A stretch of 64,000 nt of DNA from Lingula anatina. Its lineage: Eukaryota > Animalia > Brachiopoda. The stretch lies in assembly GCA_051362555.1 (NCBI GenBank), contig CM120644.1, positions 11,740,567 to 11,804,566 of the forward strand, given 5' to 3'. Shown here one piece after another: positions 1 to 11,658 of this stretch (positions are counted from its first letter, which is position 1; each line of letters opens with the position of its first letter). The translations under genes and the position numbers were made by a program. The notes under the pieces are model-generated. The model searched no databases and had not been told where the DNA came from. It was given only the letters and a program-made list of their open reading frames with translations.

Positions 1-1097
1 AAACCATACGCAATACATTAATTCCAATTTTCATTTCAGTTTTTCCAGATGATTCTTACTGCTTTTACCATTTTAGCAGAAACTCATAATTTTACCTTTT
101 TTATGACTACTAAGACTCAACCCTCGTTGAGGGTTTGATTTCAGATTAAAAGTTTGTTACAAGATGATATTATTTATTTATTTTTATTATTTTTTTTGTT
201 ATCTGATATATACAGCTTTTGGAAAGCAGTGGGACAACTTACTTTCATTGTAAACAAAGTTTAACAACTGTGTTTGTGTGCCATTCAAGTACTTGTATAT
301 CTATGCGTTACCTGAATGTAATGAAAAAGAGGGTATTACCATTGAATGTAGCGGTTTCATTTGGTTTCTGATGTATTGGAAGGAGAGATTTATATTATAT
401 TATAGAATCAAATAAACAGTTTTTTATTCTCGTATTTTGCATTATCTTCTCATTTCTGAATTGTGCTAAATGATTTTATTCACGAAAAGTTCAATTATAA
501 TGAATACAACTGTAACGACATTAACATAGTTCGAACACTTCGCTTAATGCAGTTTTCCAAAAATTTACAGGAAACACAAATAATTGTTTGTTTAAATTAA
601 GTCAATCCCAAAGTTTTACCAGCTTTATACCAGGGCTTATTCCATATACATCTAAGTAAAATGTCAAAATTGTGGTCAGTGATTGATATTGTATTTTCAA
701 CCAAAACTTGGTGCTGATGCAATGTAGATGCTTCTTCCAATGATCACGCCCAGCGTTTTTTACGGCAGTAGCCGAGTTAAACGTGATCGCATTATATCAA
801 GTGTTATGCAATAACTCCGAGTCGTAGTTGTTGGTGCATCTGAATATATACAGTTTAATTTATGTACCAGTACATTGTGTGCAAAGCTATGTACAATTGT
901 GAATAATACTCAAAGTAATCTCAAAGTTACAGTTCAAGTCTTTCTTTTTGCTGTTGATGGGGTCCCATTGGATGGTGAAGTCCATTTTGAGCCAATGTTT
1001 TTCCTATTTTCTTCAGCCTCCGTCTCTCATCAATCTTTACAATCTATATGTGAACTTATATTGCGCAAAAGAAACACTGTACAAGTTTATTGCTGAA

Positions 1098-2540
1098 TCA
1101 TTTCCAATATTTCTCCTCCCCTGCTGCCATTTTCATCAGCTTGACTGTCATTTCGGCGTGCTTAATGGCGTTCACTTCGCAAACCCAGTTGGTCCCATAG
1201 TCAAGGTTGTAACAGAAGCGACCACGAAATTTATGCAAGTAATGATAAAACAGTTTGGGCACCTTCTGCATCGCAGTGGAGGTGACAATTCTCGTGGCGT
1301 GAACATTATCGTCTGCTTCACCAGGAGGACAATGCTTGTCACAGTCTCCTATGTTGGATGTAGCCATATCATATTTACACTTATCAGATGCTAACAATCC
1401 TTTCACACTGTTATCGTCTGGTAAAAGATGACCGCGGATTTTACAACCCTGAATCATATCTCCGTTGTGAAAACTCGCGTGGAGTGTCTGTTTTGAGCAT
1501 TTGGCCAATCCCCAAAATGATTGGTAAGTGGCTACTGCAGGAACACTCACTGTTATGTACGTTAAGCCAATGAAAAGGCCGAACGCATTTTGAAACTCGG
1601 GTGGCAGGAATCGTCGCATATTAACCGCGTGGGAGGTAGGGACATCTACTGGTCGTGGCGTAGCTCCTTCATTAATGGCATTAACAAGAGCAATCGAAGC
1701 AGCAGCCACCAAGGCACCATGAACAGTTGTCTGGTGTTCTTTGCACTTTGCAATAATCCTTTCTGTCTCTGAAATTGTGAACACTAAAGCTACTGTCTTC
1801 GTATATCCCTCGCCTGAATTTGGTGGTGGCGGAAAACGCTGCAAGTACGGGCTGTGGTACGGAAATAAACTTCGTATTCTTTCTTTTATCACGTGGTAAT
1901 AGTCTGTCCACCTGAATGCCATCTTGTCTTGGGGCAAGAGAGACTCCGTGTTTGGATGGAATGTGACGACTTCGTCATTCTCAATGGGGTCGTTTTTCGA
2001 AACTGCGTTGAGATATCGAATTAGTTGCTTTAACATCAGTACATAAGATGTTCCATCCAAAATAGAGTGATGGATGGCAAACACTACAACTGTTGGATAC
2101 CCATTAGATGCATACGAGCTAGAGTCCACTTTGTAGGTGACGTCTCTTGATTTGGACATGCGCAAAATCTTTACCCTCCAAAGAGGGGCATTTTCTCTTA
2201 GAAATTGCACGCGCATCATATCCTCGTGCACCGTCTTCCAGTCGTCGTCTGACGTCACATCCAAGATCCCAAAATCCACATAGGGGTCTTCCATATACTT
2301 GAAATACCTCTTGCCGTCTTTCCATTCTATGTTAAGACGAAGATGCGGGATGTTTTTCTGGAGCAGCTGAAGGGAGGTTTTCCAAACATCGTCAGAGAGG
2401 AAGAGTTTTGAGTTTATCCACGAGGTGAAGGCAACTGTTGTGTTCTTGCACTCATGCATTGCGGCCAGCACATTCTCGAAGTGTCCAAGAGGGCGAAGGA
2501 TCCTCTTGGTAGAAGGCAAAAAGTTTGCCTGTGCTGACAT
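1098..2540 (-). CDS. Stand-alone CoA-dependent acyltransferase / condensation-domain-like protein (alcohol acetyltransferase/PapA5-like), copy 1, 480 aa, intronless CDS
   Basis: Uninterrupted ORF with N-terminal RPLGxxE, catalytic HHxxxDG (IHHSILDG), C-lobe 'KCKEHQTTVHGALVAA', 'VNMRR' and 'SNIG', all typical of the CAT-like acyltransferase fold. Confidence 0.8.
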   Translation of the reverse strand: MSAQANFLPSTKRILRPLGHFENVLAAMHECKNTTVAFTSWINSKLFLSDDVWKTSLQLLQKNIPHLRLNIEWKDGKRYFKYMEDPYVDFGILDVTSDDDWKTVHEDMMRVQFLRENAPLWRVKILRMSKSRDVTYKVDSSSYASNGYPTVVVFAIHHSILDGTSYVLMLKQLIRYLNAVSKNDPIENDEVVTFHPNTESLLPQDKMAFRWTDYYHVIKERIRSLFPYHSPYLQRFPPPPNSGEGYTKTVALVFTISETERIIAKCKEHQTTVHGALVAAASIALVNAINEGATPRPVDVPTSHAVNMRRFLPPEFQNAFGLFIGLTYITVSVPAVATYQSFWGLAKCSKQTLHASFHNGDMIQGCKIRGHLLPDDNSVKGLLASDKCKYDMATSNIGDCDKHCPPGEADDNVHATRIVTSTAMQKVPKLFYHYLHKFRGRFCYNLDYGTNWVCEVNAIKHAEMTVKLMKMAAGEEKYWK

Positions 2541-2814
2541 TATATATCACTTCTAATTCGAATCACGTTAACTGAAATAAAAAAAATTTAAACTAAGCGG
2601 TTCAATGTAGTTTTTCGATTCATACTCAGAGACGTGTAAGTTATGAACGGAAAACCGAAATAAACAAAGGGAAAATATGTTGGAAAACATTATGAAACAA
2701 TGGAACAAGATAATAATAGAATACACAGTTAATGCAATTGTGCACCTATCATCAGTCATCTTCTCCAGTATGAAATGACTAGTTCAATATCATGATATGC
2801 AAAGTATGAAAAAC

Positions 2815-3582
2815 TTCAACTGAACAACTAGTCCATGCTTTCATTACTTCTAAGCTTGATTATTGCAACAGTCTCTTATATGGTTTAGGCAAAAATCATC
2901 TGAACAAACTTCATTTAATTCAAAATCCTGCAGCTAGGCTGGTAACTAAAATGGGATGGAATAGCCGAGAGCATATAACACCTGTTTTGATGGAACTTCA
3001 CTGGCTTCCAGTAAGAGAGAGAATTTTATTTAAAATTTTATGTGTCATTTTTAAAGCAGTCACTGAGAATAAACCACTTTATATCTCAGAACTTATGAAG
3101 CAACATCAGCATGGAAGAGTTACCAGGTCTTCAACTTTTAGTCATTTACTTTTAGAACACAGTGTCTTAGAGAAAAAAGCTGGTAAATTTTACGGTGAAA
3201 GGGCATTTATGATATATGCTCCCAAAGTTTGGAACACTCTACCCTCTGAAATACGAGCAGCAGGTGACATAGATACTTTTAAAAAGCTTTTGAAAACTCA
3301 TATTTTTAGAATAGCCTATCAGTAGCTATCATATAGTTAATTTTAGTTTTTAATAAGGTGTACTGTAATTTTATGATTAATTTTAAATGTTGTCACTTTA
3401 GGTTCTTATCATTTTAGAATATGAATAATTGGTTCTTTAAATTAGTTCTTAGTCCTTTAAAATTGTAATGTGTTCTTATATTAGTATTGTGTTATTTAGC
3501 TCTTTTAAGTGAATGTTGTAAGGCGCATTGAGATTTTTAATGGAATGCGCCATAGAAAAATAAATTATTATTATTATTATTA
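2815..3582 (+). mobile_element. 5'-truncated LINE (L2/CR1-group) 3' end
   Basis: Frame open from about 2819 to 3325 (TEQLVHAFITSKLDYCNSLLYGL...QNPAARLV...REHITPVLMELHWLPVRERILFK), the conserved post-RT C-terminus. It is followed by a 3' UTR, a GCGCATT...AATGCGC stem and a (TTA)n tail. The insertion is absent at the matching position of paralog copies 2 and 3 (about 7530 and 11750). Confidence 0.85.
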
Positions 3583-3654
3583 AAAAAAATCGTTCTGTAA
3601 TCTGTCACAAACCTCGTTCTGAAGAAAAGGGAAAAAGTGACGAAAGCAGGGAAC

Positions 3655-3689
<35 letters not shown>

Positions 3690-3959
3690 TTCTCTGCTTA
3701 TATATTTATATCTGACACCTAGTTGTATTTGTGATTGCCATGGTCGTGAATGGGTCGCAGCCCTGTTGAAACAGAACGTTGATTGCCATCCAGTCCCAAG
3801 TACATATACTAGTACATTATACAACAATACAGCGTAAGTTTGCTATTGGCAACAAGTATGCATCAGATGTGGAGTGCTTTTTGACAATACCTCTCAACCC
3901 TCTCTTCCCTTGAACGCTTGATCTGTCTATACAAGGTTGCTAAAGACTTCTAATACTAA

Positions 3960-4072
3960 ACCCCCTTTACACTAGACGGCGTCTTCTCTGCGTCCTTTGT
4001 GCGACCGTGAAAACTGACAACACAGGGGTCTGAGAAAGGAGGCACAAAGGACGCCGTCCAGGATAAGGGGGC
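3960..4072. mobile_element. MITE, PIF/Harbinger (Tourist)-like, internally deleted
   Basis: TIRs ccccctttacactagacggcgtc / gacgccgtccagga-taaggggg, flanked by TAA/TTA. Absent in paralog copies 2 and 3. Same family as 43259-43468. Confidence 0.7.
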
Positions 4073-5327
4073 TTAATATATCATACGACGCGTCACGTGG
4101 ACATACAGTCACGACCCTTGTCGTCGACCGTTTACTATGTACAGTGTAATTGGTTCGTCATGCCTGTAAATCACTAGTCCTGCTTTGTCACTAAATAGCA
4201 GCCATTAAACTCTCTCAAATAGTAGAAGAAGTGTACAGGGAAGCTGCATAAAATAGACTTACAAGTACCGTTTGAATCCGTAATAGTCGAACACCTACCT
4301 GAAACATTGGAAGGCTGCATCACGTACACGCCCTGTACATTATCAGCGTATTATGTAGAGCACGGCTTATATTGGTGTTCCATTTACGCAGCATTTATGG
4401 TGTTATTCACAGTACAGTGCATTGACGGTGATCTATATTTGCATTGTGACCTAGAAAAATGTTTTTTTTTTTTTTATTAACAGCAGCTCTTGTGCCAAGA
4501 CAAGTCTATAGTAATATTTAGTGATATGTGCTGCCATCTACAGCATTTCCGGACCAGACGATAGGCCATACCAATAGTCTGGAAGCTACTAAAGACGTTG
4601 TCGTAGAAATTAAAGACTAACTTTGTCTTCACAGTTGTGGTCTACTGTTTGAATTTGAATTAACACTACTAATAATTTAAGTGTGCTTTGTGAAACTAGT
4701 TGAGCTCGGTGAAACGCTACCTGAACTTTGAGGAACCTTAAGTGACTTTAATCTTCGCAACTACAGAGTTCAGAGGAACATTACAGAACACTGTGACCAG
4801 AACACTGGTCTAAGACTTTGAAAGAGACACCGAAATCAGAGGTTCAGTATTTATAAAGTGCTAACCAAACTATAACGCATGTAACATAATTTGTTATGTT
4901 TGTCATTTTATTTTTCTTTTTTTAACATATATTTGAACGGAAATCCACTATTGTCATTAACTTGAGATATACTTTCCCACGGGATCGCAATATCCGCCCC
5001 AATACCGCACAAGATTGAGTCGCCCCATTCGGGCTGCATCGACGCCGGAGTGGCCTGCGTTTCAATATATTCAGTTTAATTTATGTACCAGTGCATTCGT
5101 GTGCATACATGTAGCTATATACAAATGCAAAAATTACTCAATCTAGTCTCAAAGATATTGTTCAAGTTTTTCTTATAACTGTTAATGGGCTTCCATCAGT
5201 CCATTTTGAGCCAATATTTTTCTCTTTTTCCTCAGTCTCCTTTTCTGTACTATATCAATCTTTAAAGCCCTCTGTAACAAAAATGACCTACAGCGCAAAA
5301 CAAATACTTCGCAAGTTTTTTTCTTAA

Positions 5328-6770
5328 TTATTTCCAATATTTCTCCTCCCCTGCTGCCATTTTCATCAGCTCCACTGTCATTTCGGCGTGCTTAATGGCG
5401 TTCACTTCACACACCCAGTTGGTTCCATAGTCAAGATTGTAGCAGAAGCGACCACGAAATTTGTGCAAGTAATGGTAAAACAGTTTGGACAAGTTCTGCA
5501 TCGCGGTGGAGGTGACGATTCTCGTGGCGTGAACATTATCGTCTGCTTCACCAGGAGGACAACGCTTATCACAGTCTCCTATGTTTGATGTACCTATATC
5601 ATATTTACATATATCAGATGCTAGCAATCCTTTAACACTGTTATCGTCTGGTAAAAGATGGCCGCGGATTTTACAACCTTGTATCACATCTCCGTTGTTT
5701 ATACTTGCATGAAGTGTCTGCTTTGAGCTTTTGGCTAGTTCCCAAAATGATTGATAAGTGGCAGCAGCAGGAACACTCACCGTTAAGTACGTTAAACCAA
5801 CAAAAGCACCGAACGCATTTTGAAACTCGGGTGGCATGAAACGTCGCATATTAACAACATGGGAGGTAGGGACATCTGCTGGTCGTGGCGTAGCTCCTTC
5901 ATTAATGGCATTAACAAGGGCAATCGACGCAGCAGCCATCAAGGCACCATGAACAGTTGTCTCGTGTTCCTTGCACTTTGCTATGAGCCTTTCCGTCTCT
6001 GAAATTGTGAATTCCAAAGCTACTGTCTTCGTATATCCTTCGTCTGAATTTGGCGGTGGCGGAAAACGCTTCAGGTACGGGCTATGGTACGGAAACAAGC
6101 TGTGTATTTTTTCTTTTATCACTTGGTAATAGTCTGTCCACTTGAATGCCATCTTGTCTTGGGGCAAGAGTGCCTCCGTGCTCGGATGGAATGTGACGAC
6201 TTCATCATTTTCGATGGTGTTTTTTTTCGAAACTGCGTTGAGGTATTGAAGTAGCTTCTTTAACATCAATACATAAGACGTTCCATCCAAAATAGAGTGA
6301 TGGATGCCAAACACTACTACTGTTGGATACCCATTAAGTACATACGAGCAAGAGTCCGCTTTGTGGGGGACGCCTCTTGGTTTGGGCATGCGCAAAATCT
6401 TAACCCCCCAAAGAGGGGCATTTTCTTTTAGAAATTGCACTCGCATCATGTCCTCATGCACTGTCTTCCATTCGTCACCTGACGTCACTCCCAAGATCCC
6501 AATATCCACATAGGGGTCGTCCATATTCTTGAAATACCTTCTACCGTCTTTCCATTCTATGTTAAGACGAAGATGCGGGATGTTTTTCTGAAGCAGCTGA
6601 AGTGAGGTCTTCCAAACATCGTCCGAGAGGAAGAGTTTTGAGTTTATCCACGAGGTGAAGGCAACTGTTGTGTTCTTGCACTCATGCATTGTGGCCAGCA
6701 CATTCTCGAAGTTTCCAAGAGGGCGAAGGATCCTCTTGGTAGAAGGCGAAAGGGGTGTCTGTGCTGACAT
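5328..6770 (-). CDS. HHxxxDG acyltransferase/condensation-like protein, copy 2, 480 aa
   Basis: Near-identical paralog of copy 1 (IHHSILDG, SNIG). The ATG at 6770 aligns with the copy-1 start; the ORF track extends to an upstream GTG. Confidence 0.8.
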   Translation of the reverse strand: MSAQTPLSPSTKRILRPLGNFENVLATMHECKNTTVAFTSWINSKLFLSDDVWKTSLQLLQKNIPHLRLNIEWKDGRRYFKNMDDPYVDIGILGVTSGDEWKTVHEDMMRVQFLKENAPLWGVKILRMPKPRGVPHKADSCSYVLNGYPTVVVFGIHHSILDGTSYVLMLKKLLQYLNAVSKKNTIENDEVVTFHPSTEALLPQDKMAFKWTDYYQVIKEKIHSLFPYHSPYLKRFPPPPNSDEGYTKTVALEFTISETERLIAKCKEHETTVHGALMAAASIALVNAINEGATPRPADVPTSHVVNMRRFMPPEFQNAFGAFVGLTYLTVSVPAAATYQSFWELAKSSKQTLHASINNGDVIQGCKIRGHLLPDDNSVKGLLASDICKYDIGTSNIGDCDKRCPPGEADDNVHATRIVTSTAMQNLSKLFYHYLHKFRGRFCYNLDYGTNWVCEVNAIKHAEMTVELMKMAAGEEKYWK

Positions 6771-9114
6771 TATCACTTCTCATTCGAATCACGTTAACTG
6801 AAATATAAAAAAAATCTTGAAAATTTTAACTACGCGGTTGAATGAATTTTTTCGTTTCAAACTCAGAGACGTGCAAGTTTTTAATGGAAAACCGAAATAA
6901 ACATAGAAAAATATGCTGGAAAAGTTTGTGAAACTATGCAACAACATAATAATAGAAAACACAGTTAATACAGTAGTGTAACAATCATCGGACATCTCCA
7001 TAAAGGAAGTGACTACAAATTAAAAACTGTAAGATCAGTCGTTATTTTGTAGACGTTTTTGGATTGGATGTACAATGTTCAAGTTTCAAGGGAGTTTCGT
7101 GTTTGGCTTGCAAAAGGTTAAACGTTTGTTGTATTTATATTCATGACACGACAGGGCACATGCACACGCATACGCACAGACCCGAGAGAGAGAGAGAGAG
7201 AGAGAGAAAGAACGTTTTAATCTCACAGGTCACAAACAACCAGATAAATGTGTATACACGCAATTGCTCATGTCTTATCACTAAAGACCAGCAATGTGAA
7301 TTGAGTAATAAAGCAGACGTCAATGGTGTAAATGTTGACATAACAGAAAGGACGTTCAATAAATCAGACTATGAAGCCGGATTCAAGTAAAGAATATTAA
7401 AAAAAAAACAGCAACTGCAAAGGCAATAGCGAAGACGTCATTATTGATTACTTTTGACCCTTTCAACAAAGCTTACCATTAACAATGAAAAAAAACTCAA
7501 CACTAATTCAATATCGTGATATCCAAATTATGAAAAAACTCGTTCTGCAATCTATCACAAGCCTGGTTCTGATTTAAAAAAATCGAGGAAATTGACGAAA
7601 GCAGAGAACGAAACATACATCTGACTATAAGTAATCGTGCTTGCCGTGGTCGTGAATGGGTTACAGTCCCGTTGAAACAGGACGTTGATTGCCATCCAGT
7701 CTCAAGTACATATACTAGTACATTACGTACAACAATACAGTATCAGTTTGCTCTTGGCTACAAGTAAGCAACAGATGCGGAGTGGTTTTTGACAGCTTCC
7801 CTCAACCCTCTCTTCGTAAACGCTCGATCTGTCTTAGCAAGGTTATTAAAGGCCATTAATACCGGTGCTTTTATATCACAGGACGCGTCACGTGGACATA
7901 CAGTCAAGACCCTTGTCGTCGACCGATTTCAATGTAATTAGTTTATCAATATCATGCCTCTAAATCAGTAGTCCAGGTTTGACACTGATTGGCAGCCATT
8001 AAAATGTCTACAACAGTAGAAGGGAAGGTGCACTATGGAATAGATGTACATGTACCCTTTGAACCCGTAATGGTCAAACACCTACCTGAGACATGAACTG
8101 TGTATTATCAGCATATTATGCACGGCATAGGCTTATATTGAATCCTATTAACGCAGCATTTTTCCAACGTGCGCTGTTATTCACAGTACTATTTACAGTA
8201 CAGTGAATCGACGGTGATATATATTTGCAGTGACCTAGAAAAAAGATTTAATTAAGAGCAGCTCTTGTACCAAGACAAGTCTCTAATAGTATTGATTTGT
8301 GATATGTGCTGCCATCTATATTCTATATTATACAACGCTAGGCGAGTTTTGGCTAAAGGAACGGAGACGCGTTCACTCCTTCGGACCGCTTGAATAAATC
8401 ACTATTTCTGTACTAGAAAATACATTCTTCCGGAATAAAATAGAAAAAAAGCTTTGTAAATATCAAGTTTGGACATGTTAAGGACAAATTACATTCAGAC
8501 CAACAAAAGCTCGGCGAAACGCTAGCTGAACTTTGACGAACCAACGCAACGAAAGATCTCAGAAGAACATCACAGAACATTGTGATCAGAAGACTGAAAC
8601 ACTAGAACTTTGAAAGAGATACCGAAATCAGAGATTCAAGCATGATCAGTATTTATAAATTGCTTGCATTATAACATTAACGCATGGTAACATTATTTAC
8701 TATATTTAATTTTTGATTTTAATTAATATTGAACAGAAATCCACACACTTGTCATTAGCTTGAGATATGGTTTCCCACAGGATCGCAACATCCGCCCCGA
8801 TCCCGAACAACATCGCGAAGTGGGCGGGCGTTTCAATACATTCAGTTTAATTTATGTACCAGTATACATTTGTACAGAGCTATGTACAAGTGCGAAAATT
8901 ACTCAATCTAGTCTCAAAGCTATTATTCAAGTTTTTCTTTTTACTGTTGATGGGCTCTCATAAAATGTTTCAGTCTATTTTGAGCCAATATTTTTTCTCT
9001 TTTTCCTCAGTCTCCTTTCCTCTACTACATGTATATCAATCTTTGAAACCCTCTGTAACCTAAATGACCTACTGCACAAAACAAATACTTCGCAAGTTTA
9101 TTTCTTAATTATTT

Positions 9115-10551
9115 CTAATATTTCTCCTCCCCTGCTGCCATTTTCATCAGCTCCACTGTCATTTCAGCTTGCTTAATGGCGTTCACTTCGCAAACCCAGT
9201 TGGTCCCATAGTCAAGATTGTAACAGAAGCGACCTCGAAATTTGTGCAAGTAATGATAAAACAATTTTGACAAATTCTGCATTGCGGCGGAAGTGACGAT
9301 TCTCGTGGCGTGAACATTATCGTCTGCTTCTCCAGGAGGACAATGCTTGTCACAGTCTCCTATGTTTGATGTACCCATATCATATTTGCACTGATCAGAT
9401 GCTAGCAATCCTTTTACACTGTTATCGTCTGGTAAAAGATGGCCGCGGATTTTACAACCCTGTATCACATTTCCGTTGTTTAAATTTGCGTGAAGTGCAT
9501 GTTTTGAGCTTTTGGCTAGTTCCCAAAACGATTGATAAGTGGCAACAGCAGGAACACTCACTGTTATGTTCGTCAAGCCAAAGAAAAGCCCGAACGCATT
9601 TTGAAACTCGGGTGGCATAAAACGTCGCATATTAACAGCGTGGGAGGTAGGGACGTCTGCTGGTCGTGGCGTAGCTCCTGCATTAATGGCATTAACAAGG
9701 GCAATCGACGCAGCAGCCACCAAGGCACCATGGACAGTTGTCTGGTGTTCTTTGCACTTTGCTATGAGTCTTTCCGTCTCTGAAATTGTGAATTCCAAAG
9801 CTACTGTCTTTGTATATTCCTCGCCTGAATTTGGTGGTGGTGGAAAACGCTTCATGCACGGACTGTGGTACGGAAACAAACTGTGTATTCTTTCTTTTAA
9901 CACTTTATAATAGTCTGTCCACTTGAATACCATCTGGTCTTGGGGCAAGAGTGCCTCCATGTTTCGATGGAATGTGACGACTTCGTCCTTCTCAATGTGG
10001 TCGTCTTTTGAAACTGCGTTGAGGTATTGAAGTAGCTTCTTTAACATCAATATATAAGATGTTCCATCCAAAATAACGTGATGAATGCCAAACACTACAA
10101 ATGATGGATACCCATTAAGTGCATATGATCTATAGTCCGATTTGTGGGAGATGTCACTTGGTCTGAGCATGCGCAAAATTTTTACCCTCCAAAGAGGGGC
10201 ATTTTCTTTCAGAAATTGCACGCGCATCATATCCTCGTGCACCATCTTCCAGTCGTCGTCTGACGTCACATCCACGATCTCCATATCCACATAGGGGTCG
10301 TCCATATACTTGAAGTACCTTTTGCCGTCTTGCCATTCTATGTTAAGACGAAGATGCGGGATGTTTTTCTGGAGCAGCTGAAGGGAGGTTTTCCAAACAT
10401 CGTCAGAGAGGAAGAGTTTTGAGTTAATCCACGAGGTGAAGGCAACCGTTGTGTTCTTGCACTCATGCATTGCGGCTAGCAAGTTCTCGTAGTGTCCAAG
10501 AGAGCGAAGGGTCCTCGTGGTAGAAGGTGAATGGCATCTTTTTGCGGACAT
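9115..10551 (-). CDS. HHxxxDG acyltransferase/condensation-like protein, copy 3, 478 aa
   Basis: Paralog with IHHVILDG and ATG at 10551. A TGG->TAG change removes the terminal WK (EEKY* versus EEKYWK*). Confidence 0.8.
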   Translation of the reverse strand: MSAKRCHSPSTTRTLRSLGHYENLLAAMHECKNTTVAFTSWINSKLFLSDDVWKTSLQLLQKNIPHLRLNIEWQDGKRYFKYMDDPYVDMEIVDVTSDDDWKMVHEDMMRVQFLKENAPLWRVKILRMLRPSDISHKSDYRSYALNGYPSFVVFGIHHVILDGTSYILMLKKLLQYLNAVSKDDHIEKDEVVTFHRNMEALLPQDQMVFKWTDYYKVLKERIHSLFPYHSPCMKRFPPPPNSGEEYTKTVALEFTISETERLIAKCKEHQTTVHGALVAAASIALVNAINAGATPRPADVPTSHAVNMRRFMPPEFQNAFGLFFGLTNITVSVPAVATYQSFWELAKSSKHALHANLNNGNVIQGCKIRGHLLPDDNSVKGLLASDQCKYDMGTSNIGDCDKHCPPGEADDNVHATRIVTSAAMQNLSKLFYHYLHKFRGRFCYNLDYGTNWVCEVNAIKQAEMTVELMKMAAGEEKY

Positions 10552-10727
10552 TGTCACTTTCCATTTGAATCACGTTAACTGAAACAAGAAAAGAATATCT
10601 TGAAATTTTAACTAAGCAGTTAAATGCAATTCTTCGATTCAAACTGAGAGACGTCTAAGTTTATAACGGAAACCCATATAAACAAAGGAAAATGTGAAGA
10701 AATATAAAAATGCAATAGGATAATAAT

Positions 10728-10812
10728 GGTATCAGGACAATTCCCCCTCGGACAATTCCCCCCCGGACTATTCCCCCCAGGACAATTCCCCCCCGGACGA
10801 TTCCCCCCCGAA

Positions 10813-10889
<77 letters not shown>

Positions 10890-11658
10890 AAAGAATACAA
10901 AGTTCAAAGTTCTTTTCATCCATTTTTGAATATTTCTTAGTGTGATGATGCAAATCAAGGATAGATAATATTAATTCTATTAAACAATTTATTTTCTTGG
11001 AGTTCAAGTACATGAAATTTTCGAGATAGAAGTACAGAACATTTTATTAAAAATCTGATCAAAGAATATATATCTCCAGGTAAAGGAGGGGTAAACAGAT
11101 GATCTCACTCATCCAGGTAGCCCTTTGATGAATTAACTGTTACTTTTAATTGCTTTATTTCTCCCCCCCCCCCCTTGATTCAGTAAGTCTTGAATCAAGG
11201 TGCATCTCTAGGGAGAGGTGGGGTAAACAGATTTTCTCGCTTATCCAGGTATCCCTGTGACTATTTGTCACTTTTAATTACTTGACCACCACCCACCACA
11301 CTAAAATATTTATAAAATATCTGTTTACCTGTTCATCTGTTTACCCCACTTTTACCTGAAGGATAGGTGGTTATACTTCCATTAGATACTTAATAAATCT
11401 TCCTGTACTTGTACTCAATGAAAAGGGAATTTGTTATAAAATAATTTGTTGCATGGTGAAGTTATACTATCACACTAAAAATGTTAATAAAATAGATGAA
11501 ATGTTTTAAACTTTACACTTTCTACTTTATATTTGTATATAAATATATATTTCTTGGGGGGAATTGTCCTGGGGGGGGAATTGTCCGGGGGGGAATTGTC
11601 CGGGGGGAATAGTCCGGGGGGGGGGGGGATTGTCCGGGGGGGGAATTGTCCTAGAATC
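10728..11658. mobile_element. Non-autonomous Mutator/foldback-like element
   Basis: Perfect 9-bp TSD gataataat (10719-10727 and 11659-11667). Long imperfect TIRs with ~15-bp subterminal repeats (ggacaattccccccc)n and a (TA)n tract. A single gataataat marks the empty site in copy 1 (2709-2717). Confidence 0.85.

Noticed and set aside
9109-9117. Copy 3 as a pseudogene because of a premature TAG
   Set aside because: Only the last two residues are lost; the rest of the ORF and its motifs are intact.
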